A stretch of DNA of 46,869 nucleotides from Candidatus Moraniibacteriota bacterium (GTDB taxonomy: Bacteria > Patescibacteriota > Minisyncoccia > Moranbacterales > UBA1568). The notes under the pieces are model-generated. The model saw only the letters and a list, made by a program, of their open reading frames with translations, did no database searches and was not told where the DNA came from. Of the stretch, positions 7,870-16,205 are shown in pieces. Location: the NCBI GenBank assembly GCA_037139695.1, contig JBAXFX010000002.1, positions 1-46,869 on the forward strand, read 5' to 3'. Each line of letters opens with the position of its first letter. Position 1 is the stretch's first letter. The translations under genes were made by a program, and so were the position numbers.

Positions 7870-8607
7870 CTACTCCGAACTAAATGCGACTTTCATCTGT
7901 CTGACTTCTTCGGCGAGATCCTCCCGTTCAGGAAGAAAGCGCAGGAGTACCTCCAAGGCATCGGACAGATAGTGATTCTCGATGTTCTTGACTACGACTT
8001 CCAGAACGGCCTGAGGATTGTTCACCTTCAACTCCTCAGCTTCGTCGAAGTGCCTATCATATAGAAGCTTCTTGTAGTGTGACAGGATATATTCCTCCGC
8101 AGGTACACCCAACTCGCGCGCAAGCTCCGCTTGTCTTACGGACCCAACATCATAACTTTGCAAGACTTGTCTGGCCAGTTCCGTCTTTTCAGCTTGCGTA
8201 ATCGTAAACTTCGGACTTTCCCGAACTTTTTCCCAGTAGGAGGAAGCGCAAAGAAGGATTCGATATATCAGTTTCTCGATATCGCGTCGTATGTCTGAGT
8301 CACTGATATACTTGCTTACCCAGTCGAGTTCCGCCGGTGATACGACCTCGCCTCTTCGTGCTGATTCCTCACAGAACGACCGGAAGCTCTCATACATTTC
8401 CTGATCGCCTATTGAATCTACGGCATCGGGGCAGTGGCTGATAATATCGTCCAATGCCTTACGTTTTTGAAACTTGAATGCGTTCTTCCCCGAGACTACA
8501 AAAAGAAACGCTCTTTTGGTCAGTTCCTGAAGTTCCTTCTCGCTCAGGTTGTTTTTTAGAACCTTCAAGCGAATCCATGGATTACGAATGCTTTCGATCA
8601 ATGTCAT
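7870..8607 (-). CDS. hypothetical protein (all-helical)
   Basis: The 245-aa ORF has RBS AAGGAGA upstream of the ATG and its own consensus promoter. No recognisable motif. Confidence 0.65.
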   Translation of the reverse strand: MTLIESIRNPWIRLKVLKNNLSEKELQELTKRAFLFVVSGKNAFKFQKRKALDDIISHCPDAVDSIGDQEMYESFRSFCEESARRGEVVSPAELDWVSKYISDSDIRRDIEKLIYRILLCASSYWEKVRESPKFTITQAEKTELARQVLQSYDVGSVRQAELARELGVPAEEYILSHYKKLLYDRHFDEAEELKVNNPQAVLEVVVKNIENHYLSDALEVLLRFLPEREDLAEEVRQMKVAFSSE

Positions 8608-8762
8608 TATTTCTCCTTGCGCTTTGAGTCCGTCGACTTATTTGTTATCAAAGAAAAGCCTTTTCCGGCTTGCTACTTCCATGAGCAGCATACAAGATAC
8701 CATTCACCTGATATCAAGAATGCCACTCACGACACGAAAAAATGTTCATACAACGACACAGT

Positions 8763-8791
8763 ATAATATCACAAATAATTTATCGTGTCAA
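8763..8791 (-). promoter_or_regulatory. sigma70-like promoter of the 7870..8607 gene
   Basis: On the minus strand: TTGACA (8786-8791), a 17-nt spacer and TATTAT (8763-8768). Confidence 0.6.
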
Positions 8792-8819
8792 CATCAAGTA
8801 CACCACATCAAGTACACCA
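8792..8819. repeat. perfect tandem 14-mer x2 immediately upstream of the -35
   Basis: CATCAAGTACACCA occurs at 8792-8805 and again at 8806-8819. Confidence 0.85.
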
Positions 8820-8836
8820 CCCATTTCCAAATTTTC

Positions 8837-9165
8837 GGCACTGGTTCCCGATGAGGTGGCTGAGAATCCCTCTTTAGCACTAAGATAAGCACAGAATCGA
8901 TGTTTTATATTTGTAAAAAAGCCCCGCTCATAGTCACAAATCCCCCTTGCCCTCTCTTTTTTGGAGAGGGCAATCCCCCTTTCCGAAAGGGGGAGACTCA
9001 CTTATTTTCACTGGTACTCTGATTGATATCTCCCTTTTGCAAAGGGAGTACCGAGTCTTCGAGGGGAGGGATTTGTGTTTGATCGGTCGAAGTCAGCATG
9101 TCGTTTTTTTAAGGATATGTCGAGTAAAATATCTTTAAGAAACCACCTCATCGGGAACCAGTGCC
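8837..9165. mobile_element. MITE-like non-autonomous element (329 bp) with perfect 23-bp terminal inverted repeats
   Basis: GGCACTGGTTCCCGATGAGGTGG (8837-8859) is the exact reverse complement of 9143-9165. The interior has no ORF but three C/T...A/G hairpins (8949-8971, 8975-8993, 9030-9048). A 19-bp direct repeat CACCCATTTCCAAATTTTC occurs at 8818-8836 and 9181-9199. Confidence 0.65.
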
Positions 9166-9504
9166 TGATTTTTACTACAACACCCATTTCCAAATTTTCA
9201 CCCCGCCACCAGTGAACCTTCCTGATTCTCAGTCAATACTTCGCGCAATCTCAGTCTTCCCTCCAAAAGAAGCTCATAGAAGATCTTCATCCCACGAAAC
9301 GAGAGGAAACGGATCTTCCGTTTCTTTCGAAGATACCGTATGACTGCGAAAGAAAATGCGGATGTCATACTCACCCAGCGTGTCATGATCGTGAGCGGGG
9401 AATGGACCAATATGATGAATGAGGATGAACGATGGTGGGGCGAGTGAGTCGAAAAAATACTGCCGGCAGGGTATGCGCGACAGTATACGTACGTCATTGT
9501 TTTG

Positions 9505-10122
9505 TCAGTAGGCGCCTTCGTGAGGCAGTTCCTGAATATCGTCGATGAACGAATAATCGATGTCGACGATTCCGGTTTTCGCAAGGTGTATGACCCAGAC
9601 CGGTTCCATGTGATCGTCTGCCCCTTCCGGCTTGCCACGGGCGTACCAGTCGCGGGTCCGTTCGCAGAGTTCCCGGAGGCGGTCTTTCGTGACCCATTGG
9701 ACACTCTTCACGCCGTCGTCTCCCGTCATCGTTCCCGGTGTCCCTTCGACGACGAGGTCGTAGACCTTCCAGGCATGGAACTTGCAGCCCGGCCGGCTGC
9801 ACAGATTGGTATAGACGCCCTTAAGATGCTTGATCGGACGCAGGTCCGAGTCGTTCTCGACGATGATGCCGACTTCCTCCAGAAGCTCCGCTTTCAATGA
9901 TTCGAGCCAATCCTTGTGTTTGTCGAGCGCATGTCCGGCAACACATGCATATCCGAGTGGCTTTTTTGTCCTTTGAATGACAAGAGAGAGTCCTTCTTTG
10001 TTCCTGACGAACGCGCCGACGGAGGTATTGCAGCAGACCTTACGTCCATATCGTCTTGCTTCACGCGATTCCGCGCCCAATCTTTCGATCGTTTCCCTGT
10101 TTATTGTCGATGTGTCAGCCAT
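9505..10122 (-). CDS. Nudix-family hydrolase (divergent Nudix box)
   Basis: GHALDKHKDWLESLKAELLEEVGI resembles the Nudix box, with the conserved Arg of the REUxEE core replaced by Ala and one extra residue upstream of the core. The 205-aa gene is GC-rich like the backbone. Confidence 0.65.
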   Translation of the reverse strand: MADTSTINRETIERLGAESREARRYGRKVCCNTSVGAFVRNKEGLSLVIQRTKKPLGYACVAGHALDKHKDWLESLKAELLEEVGIIVENDSDLRPIKHLKGVYTNLCSRPGCKFHAWKVYDLVVEGTPGTMTGDDGVKSVQWVTKDRLRELCERTRDWYARGKPEGADDHMEPVWVIHLAKTGIVDIDYSFIDDIQELPHEGAY

Positions 10123-10278
10123 AACTGATTCCCGGTTAATTGTTAACGAAGTCCGACTTTCTGGCGTGTCCGCGACGGTTTCGCGGATTTGTCACTATAT
10201 GACACGGAATTGTTCGTGTCAATGAATGATTGCCGCGCCTCTTGTGGGTACGGTGATTTTCGTCTATTCTGCAGAGGC

Positions 10279-11319
10279 ATGAAACGGACACATTCCGAAA
10301 TCAGAAACGGAAACATGAAAGATCAGGCCCACGGCAAACAGTCGGTCACTTTCGCACTCCTGGGCAATACGTTCGTCACCGTGATGAAGACGGCGGTTTT
10401 TTTTGTGACCGGCTCAGCGAGTATGTTTGCGGAGGCGACGCACAGTTTTGCGGATACGCTCAACCAGTCGCTCCTGCTGATCGGCATCAAGCGCTCGAAG
10501 AAACCGGCGGATGACATTCATGGCTACGGCTACGGCATCGAACGCTTTTTCTGGTCGCTCATATCCGCGTGCGGGATCCTGTTCATCGGCGCCGGCATCA
10601 CCGTGTATCACTCGATCGATTCTCTCATGCGGCCGGAGCAGTCGCACCCTGCTTTCAGCGTGACGAGTATCGTGATACTGATGGCGGCGCTCGTGATAGA
10701 GGGCGCGACCCTGCGGATGGCGCTGAAGGAAATGCAGAAGGGGCGTAAATATTCCAAAAAGATGTTCACGGAGGCGGACCCGGTACTGCTCGCGGTCATC
10801 TACGAGGACGGGGCGGCGGTGCTCGGCGTCTTCATCGCGCTTCTCGCGCAATGGATGACTTTTGTCACGGGCAATGCCGGCTATGACGCGGTGGGCGGGA
10901 TACTGGTCGGCCTGGTATTGGGATTTTTGGCGATCGTCTTGATCATGAAAAACTATCAGTACATCATCGGTAAGCCACTCAACAAGGAGGTTTCACAGAA
11001 GATCATACGGAGTCTCCTGAAAGACCCGTGCATAGAGCAGGTGCTTGAGTTCAAGTCCGTCGCGATTGACATCGGGAAATACCGGATATTCACTACGGTC
11101 GAATGGAACGGCTCGCCCCTGTACGAGGAGATCTACGAGGCCGGCGACCTGCGGATAGAATACGACGTCATAAAGGACGACTTCAAGGAATTCGCGCGAC
11201 TGATGTTCCGCACGACGGACCGGATACCTCGGTTGGTCGGTAACCATATCGACAAGGTGGAAAAGCAGATAACGGAAAAGTTCCCACAGATAGCGTATGT
11301 GGACATCGAAATCAACTGA
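10279..11319 (+). CDS. cation diffusion facilitator (CDF) family transporter
   Basis: TM domain contains SASMFAEATHSFADTLNQ and HGYGYGIERFFW, followed by a cytoplasmic C-terminal domain. The start could be ATG 10279 or 10315. Confidence 0.8.
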   Translation: MKRTHSEIRNGNMKDQAHGKQSVTFALLGNTFVTVMKTAVFFVTGSASMFAEATHSFADTLNQSLLLIGIKRSKKPADDIHGYGYGIERFFWSLISACGILFIGAGITVYHSIDSLMRPEQSHPAFSVTSIVILMAALVIEGATLRMALKEMQKGRKYSKKMFTEADPVLLAVIYEDGAAVLGVFIALLAQWMTFVTGNAGYDAVGGILVGLVLGFLAIVLIMKNYQYIIGKPLNKEVSQKIIRSLLKDPCIEQVLEFKSVAIDIGKYRIFTTVEWNGSPLYEEIYEAGDLRIEYDVIKDDFKEFARLMFRTTDRIPRLVGNHIDKVEKQITEKFPQIAYVDIEIN

Positions 11320-11339
11320 CGATAGCGACACGCGGGAAA

Positions 11340-12605
11340 CTAGGTTCTGGAAACGATGTCAGTAGCGGCGGTGCCGGCAACATATCCGGTGGTCCAGCAG
11401 AGTTGCAGGCTGTATCCGCCGGAGGGTCGGTCGATGTCGAGAATATCTCCGGCGAGAAAAAGATTTGGATAGATCCGTGAACGCATGCGCTTGAAATCGA
11501 CTTCCTCGGGCGGGACACCGCCGCTGGTCACGATGGCCTTTTCCGGTCCCAAAAGCCCGTCTACGGTCATCATGAGGCCTTTCAGGACGGTCGAGAGTCT
11601 GAGTCGTTCGTCCTTCGTCACGCTATGAATCGGCTTTTCCGGATCGATATCCGCACGACGTAGCGCGACCAGGAGAACGAGCGGAGGAATGAATCCGTCC
11701 AGGCTATTTTGAATCTGCTTATTTTTCCGCGAGTCGAAGTGCCCCCGGATTTTCCCGTCGAGCTCACCGATATCGGAGTACGGAAAGAGATCAACCGAAA
11801 GAAGCACTTCGCCGTTTTGGAGAAGCGAGTCGATTGTGCGACTCATATTGAGTGCGAGGGGACCACTGAGGCCGAAGTGCGTGAAGAGGAGCTTGCCGGT
11901 AGACGTCGCCTTCTTTTTCCCGTCCTGAAAAACCGTCAGTCCCGCATCCGAAAAGCTTGTACCCGAAAGTGTGTGTGTCCATGGCTCACGGATACGGATC
12001 GGGACCAGCGACGCGCGCGGTTCGTTGATCGTGTGACCGAGGTCGCGCAGGAACCGAAACCCGTCACCGGTCGATCCGGTCTCCGGATGGGAGGTCCCGC
12101 CGGTCGTGAGGATATACGAATCCGCCGTGACGATGCTTCCGTCCGCGAGGCGGATTCCGACGATTGTATCGGTCGTTGTCTCGAACCTGTCAATAGGCGC
12201 GCTGGTCACGACGGTCACGCTACCGCGTTTCATATATCGTTCCAAAGCGTCGAGGACGGTCTTCGCCTGATCGCTTACCGGGAACACACGGCGTTCCTCC
12301 TCGGTCTTCGTCGGCACATCAAGCGCGTGAAAGAAGTCCAGCGTTTCCTGAACGCCGAAGGTCGAAAGCGGGGAGTGCAGGAATTTCGCCACGCCTGGAA
12401 ACTTCGACAGGAACAGGTTCCGATCGAAGGTCGCATTCGTCAGGTTGCATCGGCCACCACCGGTCAGGAGAAGCTTTCTGCCGAGTGAGTCGTTCTTTTC
12501 GAACAGCACGATGCGCGCGCCGCATTCCGCCGCGCGTCCCGCAGCCATCATACCGGCCGGCCCGCCACCGATGACTATGACATCGTATTTTTTCGATGAT
12601 TTCAT
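11340..12605 (-). CDS. HI0933/BaiN-like FAD-dependent oxidoreductase
   Basis: YDVIVIGGGPAGMMAAGRAA dinucleotide fold plus the GGGRCNLTN signature. Confidence 0.8.
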   Translation of the reverse strand: MKSSKKYDVIVIGGGPAGMMAAGRAAECGARIVLFEKNDSLGRKLLLTGGGRCNLTNATFDRNLFLSKFPGVAKFLHSPLSTFGVQETLDFFHALDVPTKTEEERRVFPVSDQAKTVLDALERYMKRGSVTVVTSAPIDRFETTTDTIVGIRLADGSIVTADSYILTTGGTSHPETGSTGDGFRFLRDLGHTINEPRASLVPIRIREPWTHTLSGTSFSDAGLTVFQDGKKKATSTGKLLFTHFGLSGPLALNMSRTIDSLLQNGEVLLSVDLFPYSDIGELDGKIRGHFDSRKNKQIQNSLDGFIPPLVLLVALRRADIDPEKPIHSVTKDERLRLSTVLKGLMMTVDGLLGPEKAIVTSGGVPPEEVDFKRMRSRIYPNLFLAGDILDIDRPSGGYSLQLCWTTGYVAGTAATDIVSRT

Positions 12606-12730
12606 ATCAGGGACTGATGCTACTGGAAGATTACTGAATCAGTCCACGATAGGGTATTTCGGGAAAGAACGCAATGCCACGGATTGCCTGTTATATTGTT
12701 TTCCCATAGAATACGGGTAACGACCGCACC

Positions 12731-13309
12731 ATGACCTACGAGGACAGGATATTTTCCGGAGACGCACTGGATGGGCAGCAATTCACCGGTTGCCGGTTTT
12801 TTCGGTGCTCGTTTCCGGAAGCGAGGCTAAGGTTCACGGTTTTTCGGAAGTGCCGGTTCGAGTCCTGCGATTTCTCATCCGTCTCCTGTGACGGGACGGG
12901 CTTTTTCGGTTGTGCATTCCCGGAGAGCAAGCTTTCCGATCTGAACCTGTTTCATGTCGGTTTTTCCGGCTGTGATTTTTCCGGAGCCGTGTTGCGCAAC
13001 TGCATCTTTCAGCGGCTTCAGGGACCGCGGAGTCCGTCACCGAAAAAGTTCGACCTGCGCACGTGCACGTTCCGGGAGACGGACCTGACCGGAAGCATAT
13101 TCATCTCATGCGACCTGTCCGGTGTAGCCTTCGGCCAGGCGAACCTGGAGCGGGTCTCGTTCGACCGGTGTATACTGAAGAAGGCTGATTTCACCGGAGC
13201 GATACTTGATGGCGTCCGGTTCACGGACTGCAGGATCGAAAAGACCGTCCTCGACCTTTCCGGCTTCATCAGCTACGGCCGGTCGAACGGGTTCGAGCTG
13301 GAGGGATGA
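12731..13309 (+). CDS. pentapeptide-repeat protein
   Basis: Repeated A(D/N)LxX-type units run throughout (FRKCRFESCDFSSVSCDGTGFFGCAF...ADFTGAILDGVRFTDCRI). Confidence 0.75.
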   Translation: MTYEDRIFSGDALDGQQFTGCRFFRCSFPEARLRFTVFRKCRFESCDFSSVSCDGTGFFGCAFPESKLSDLNLFHVGFSGCDFSGAVLRNCIFQRLQGPRSPSPKKFDLRTCTFRETDLTGSIFISCDLSGVAFGQANLERVSFDRCILKKADFTGAILDGVRFTDCRIEKTVLDLSGFISYGRSNGFELEG

Positions 13310-13355
13310 AGCTTCGGGATAAGGAACGAAGGGTAGGGAATCATGAATTTCGAAT

Positions 13356-13916
13356 ATGAACGGAATACGCGAATCGATAGTGACACTTGTCGAAAATATC
13401 GGTCCGTTTGACGATCTTGAAAAGAAACATCAAGATGACGCGCTCGAATGGATCGGTAGCGGTGCGGAAATATTCCGTATCGCCAAACCGGATATGCCTC
13501 CGAAACATCTGGTTTCCTATTTCGTCGTGGTAGACTTGGCACATGGGGCTGTCCTATTGGTCGATCATATCAGCGCCGAGAAGTGGCTGCCGTCCGGCGG
13601 CCATGTCGAGTTCGGAGAGAGCCCGAAGGCGACGGTCGGCCGAGAATCCGTCGAGGAACTTGGCATCGAGGCGAAGTTTATATTCGAAAATCCGATATTT
13701 ATTTCGCAGGCCACGACCGTGGGAAAAAACGCTGGCCATAGGGACGTGAGTCTCTGGTACGTGATATCGGGAAATATCGACGTTCCGATCACGTATGAGG
13801 AACGGGAATTCAACGGAGTCAGATGGTTTACGTTCGACGAGGCGCTTGCGACTGACATCTCACGGCTCGATGAACACTTCCATCGGTTCGTATCCAAGCT
13901 GAAAACATTGCTATGA
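13356..13916 (+). CDS. Nudix hydrolase
   Basis: Canonical Nudix box GGHVEFGESPKATVGRESVEELGI. Confidence 0.8.
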   Translation: MNGIRESIVTLVENIGPFDDLEKKHQDDALEWIGSGAEIFRIAKPDMPPKHLVSYFVVVDLAHGAVLLVDHISAEKWLPSGGHVEFGESPKATVGRESVEELGIEAKFIFENPIFISQATTVGKNAGHRDVSLWYVISGNIDVPITYEEREFNGVRWFTFDEALATDISRLDEHFHRFVSKLKTLL

Positions 13917-14083
13917 ACAAAAAACTCATCTTCCTTTTCCTCTTCATCGGGTCCACTGCCGGAAGTTATGTGCCGATGCTGTGGGGTGACGGCATGTTTT
14001 CCATGGCGTCGGTACTGTGGAGCACGATAGGGGGCTTCGTGGGAATATATGTCGGATATAAGATCGGGGAACGCTTTGGATGA
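13913..14083 (+). CDS. small membrane protein (56 aa)
   Basis: The ATG overlaps the upstream TGA (ATGA coupling). The product MNKKLIFLFLFIGSTAGSYVPMLWGDGMFSMASVLWSTIGGFVGIYVGYKIGERFG has two hydrophobic segments. It is below the ORF-track size cutoff. Confidence 0.45.
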   Translation: MNKKLIFLFLFIGSTAGSYVPMLWGDGMFSMASVLWSTIGGFVGIYVGYKIGERFG

Positions 14084-14200
14084 TGGATTCACATATCGTC
14101 GTATAGTATTATATGCAGGATGAGCATCTGTTTTTGTGAGTCCGCCATCTGGCGGAGAAACAATCCAGTCGATTCGGCATTGGGAGCATGACGACGGATA

Positions 14201-14581
14201 TTGCAGTCCGGTACATTTTTTCTTATGATAGAGGGGGCACTAATTCGCAATGTTGCACACCGTATGGCTGAGCACTTTCTCGAGGGTAGCGACGAACTTT
14301 ATCGGATACCAGCCGATGACGGGATTGATCCGGATTCCGATTTCAAGACGCAAAAGGAGACTGACGCGAGTAGGCTGGCATTGAGAGCCGAAGAATTTGA
14401 GAAAAAAGAACAGGAGAGGATCGATCAGACTCAAATGGATTTGGAAGAAAAGAGACGGGAGGCTGATGAAATCCTATTATCCGATGTGGCTCAGTATAGG
14501 GGAGCGGGGAACCCGAAGCCGTATCGTCAACGATTGGAAGAAGAGGCGAGTGCGGCGCGGAATCGCTTTCGGATCAAATAG
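14201..14581 (+). CDS. hypothetical charged / coiled-coil protein
   Basis: 126-codon ORF with a non-ATG start; internal Met at MAEHFLEG. No motif recognised. Confidence 0.4.
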   Translation: MQSGTFFLMIEGALIRNVAHRMAEHFLEGSDELYRIPADDGIDPDSDFKTQKETDASRLALRAEEFEKKEQERIDQTQMDLEEKRREADEILLSDVAQYRGAGNPKPYRQRLEEEASAARNRFRIK

Positions 14582-14621
14582 ACTTTTCGACGATGTCCTT
14601 ATTGAAGAAGGAAAAGATTGC

Positions 14622-14650
14622 TTGACAGGATAGTAGAAATGTTCTACAAT
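14622..14650 (+). promoter_or_regulatory. consensus sigma70-type promoter
   Basis: TTGACA (14622-14627), a 17-nt spacer and TACAAT (14645-14650). The roughly 85-nt leader carries hairpin GTTTTCT...AGAAAAC followed by TTTTTTCTTT (14668-14700). Confidence 0.65.
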
Positions 14651-14738
14651 GTGACCGTAGCGTGAAAGGGTTTTCTGCATCCGTAGAAAACTTTTTTCTT
14701 TCCGACGAAAGAGCGGCAACTTAAAAAGGAGCGAGTGA

Positions 14739-15269
14739 ATGCTGGTTCATAAGAGATTTAAGAAGGGGTTTGTCATGTCTGGGTGGAACCTCGGAGGGGA
14801 AACGTTTTCAATCCTGGACGTTCTCAAAAAAATTGAGATTTCCATTCCTGCCGATCCGAAAATCGAACGGCGAGCGGTTGATGGGAAAATCATTCTTAAA
14901 AATTTCTCGTTTCGGTACGGGACGGAAGACCTCATCTCCTTGCAACCGGTCGATGCCTGCAAGGACGACGGCAAACGTCGTGCGCTCGTGCTGACCGCGG
15001 TAGACGGGTGCGATGGGAAAGTGACGATCCTGATCCCTACCAAAGACGAGGGACGATTGATGTTTCTGGTGAGCCTGGCAGATCGGAAGATTTGCATACA
15101 CAGGGGAACCAGTGGAAGTATGACGATCGACAACTACGCGCTCGTCGCCATGTCGATCGCGAAGGGCGGAACGATCATAATCAAGAAAACAATCGGTTCC
15201 GGATTCGTACTTTTGACGTATTCGTTCGACGGTAAGCGACTGACGGAAACGAAAAGTTTTTCTTTTTGA
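14739..15269 (+). CDS. hypothetical protein (paralog pair, member 1)
   Basis: AGGAG RBS lies 7 nt before the ATG. N-terminus is MLVHKRF and the C-terminal block is AMSIAKGGTIIIKK...LLTYSFDGKRLTE. Confidence 0.6.
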   Translation: MLVHKRFKKGFVMSGWNLGGETFSILDVLKKIEISIPADPKIERRAVDGKIILKNFSFRYGTEDLISLQPVDACKDDGKRRALVLTAVDGCDGKVTILIPTKDEGRLMFLVSLADRKICIHRGTSGSMTIDNYALVAMSIAKGGTIIIKKTIGSGFVLLTYSFDGKRLTETKSFSF

Positions 15270-15294
15270 TCAGGTTTTCGGTCCGAAAAAGAGT

Positions 15295-15322
15295 AAGGCT
15301 TTCCCTTTGGAAGGCCTTTTTT
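15295..15322 (+). terminator. intrinsic terminator
   Basis: AAGGCTTTCC-CTT-TGGAAGGCC forms an imperfect stem followed by TTTTTT. Confidence 0.5.
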
Positions 15323-15385
15323 ATTTTATGATTGATGCTGTATATGAAAAAATACCTTGAATAAGCATAAATTTTACTTTTACAG

Positions 15386-15414
15386 TTGACAGAAAATAAA
15401 AAAACGTGTATCGT
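15386..15414 (+). promoter_or_regulatory. sigma70-like promoter with long leader
   Basis: TTGACA (15386-15391), a 17-nt spacer and TATCGT (15409-15414). The leader before ATG 15578 is about 160 nt. Confidence 0.45.
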
Positions 15415-15577
15415 ATCGATTATTCCCGAATCCAAAAAGGAAGGGTCTGTGGGACAGGGAATCGTTCCTTAACAGCGAAGCGATCGGAATCGGATGGCGC
15501 AGCGGATATCTTTTTGGAGGTACCTGGCGCGCTGTCCGTATCCGAGATTTTTTTGTAACCAAAAAAACTACCCCAAA

Positions 15578-16114
15578 ATGTTAGTGTTCAAAAAATGTGA
15601 AATCATCCAGACAAAGAAGGGTGTAAGAGAATGGTGCTTCTCCCCGGAGGACCTGGTATATTCCCTTAGGAATAGTTCTGGGAAAACCGTTTTCGAGATT
15701 GATGTCGTTTGTGAAACGGTTTTGGAAAGACGGGACGATTCAGCCCTTCCAAATCTGAAAGATTTTTCAATTCCTCGTTTGAGTTCAAAATTGGATCAGG
15801 AGAGGAAAGAACGTTGTAAGTCGATTACCGTGGATAAGGCAAAGAGAGGAGAAAATTGTCTTGTAATAATTTCCATGGAGTACGGCAGACATGTTCATTG
15901 TCGAAAACACGCGACGCCGATTCTTGGAATCGGTCTCGAATCGGGAGTATGCGTCCAAAATCCGCCTATGATCGGGGAAGGGATATGGACGTTCAAGAAT
16001 CCGACTGAACTTGCGATCATCCTGCGACCAGGCGGTCGTATCGAAATTTTTGGTCCTATGGGGAAAAGGACCTTACGGTACACCGGCCTCAATGAACTCT
16101 TGAGGTCATTCTGA
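15578..16114 (+). CDS. hypothetical protein (paralog pair, member 2)
   Basis: The ORF is open from 15494; ATG at 15578 gives MLVFKKC, parallel to MLVHKRF of the upstream gene. The C-terminal block AIILRPGGRIEIFGPMGKRTLRYTGLNE resembles member 1. Confidence 0.55.
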   Translation: MLVFKKCEIIQTKKGVREWCFSPEDLVYSLRNSSGKTVFEIDVVCETVLERRDDSALPNLKDFSIPRLSSKLDQERKERCKSITVDKAKRGENCLVIISMEYGRHVHCRKHATPILGIGLESGVCVQNPPMIGEGIWTFKNPTELAIILRPGGRIEIFGPMGKRTLRYTGLNELLRSF

Positions 16115-16123
16115 ACGTAAAAA

Positions 16124-16162
16124 AGCCCTTCGTCACAACAATGTGATGAAGGGCTTTTCTTA
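16124..16162 (+). terminator. intrinsic terminator
   Basis: AGCCCTTC (16124-16131) pairs with GAAGGGCT (16148-16155) and is followed by TTTTCTT. Confidence 0.65.
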
Positions 16163-16205
16163 TGCGTCTATGCTATAATAGTCTGGAAATCACTGATATA
16201 CGCCT

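Larger units (their letters stand above)
1849..9199. mobile_element. putative integrated genomic island flanking tRNA-Gln (boundaries approximate)
   Basis: The serine recombinase abuts the tRNA 3' end. The segment from about 3313 to 9200 is visibly AT-richer than flanking DNA and carries accessory, decayed and repeat content. The right limit is set at the GC shift near the MITE-like element. Confidence 0.5.

Noticed and set aside
9505-9507. The window might use a UGA-recoding genetic code (code 4 or 25), suggested by the open frame after the Nudix TGA.
   Set aside because: Many long, motif-complete genes in the window terminate at TGA, and no housekeeping gene needs in-frame TGA readthrough. 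The standard code fits.
9198-9704. ORF 9198..9704 (168 aa) might be the missing N-terminus of the radical SAM pseudogene beyond the MITE.
   Set aside because: It has no CxxxCxxC motif, overlaps the Nudix gene antisense and out of frame, and has a low-complexity Ser/Arg-rich sequence. The resemblance of FRGMKIFYELLLEG to a GGEPLL region is too weak to rely on.
5836-13916. Three Nudix hydrolase genes within 8 kb might form a functional cluster.
   Set aside because: They differ in composition (one is in the island, two are in the backbone), in strand and in box sequence, and unrelated genes separate them. They are most likely independent housekeeping or accessory paralogs.
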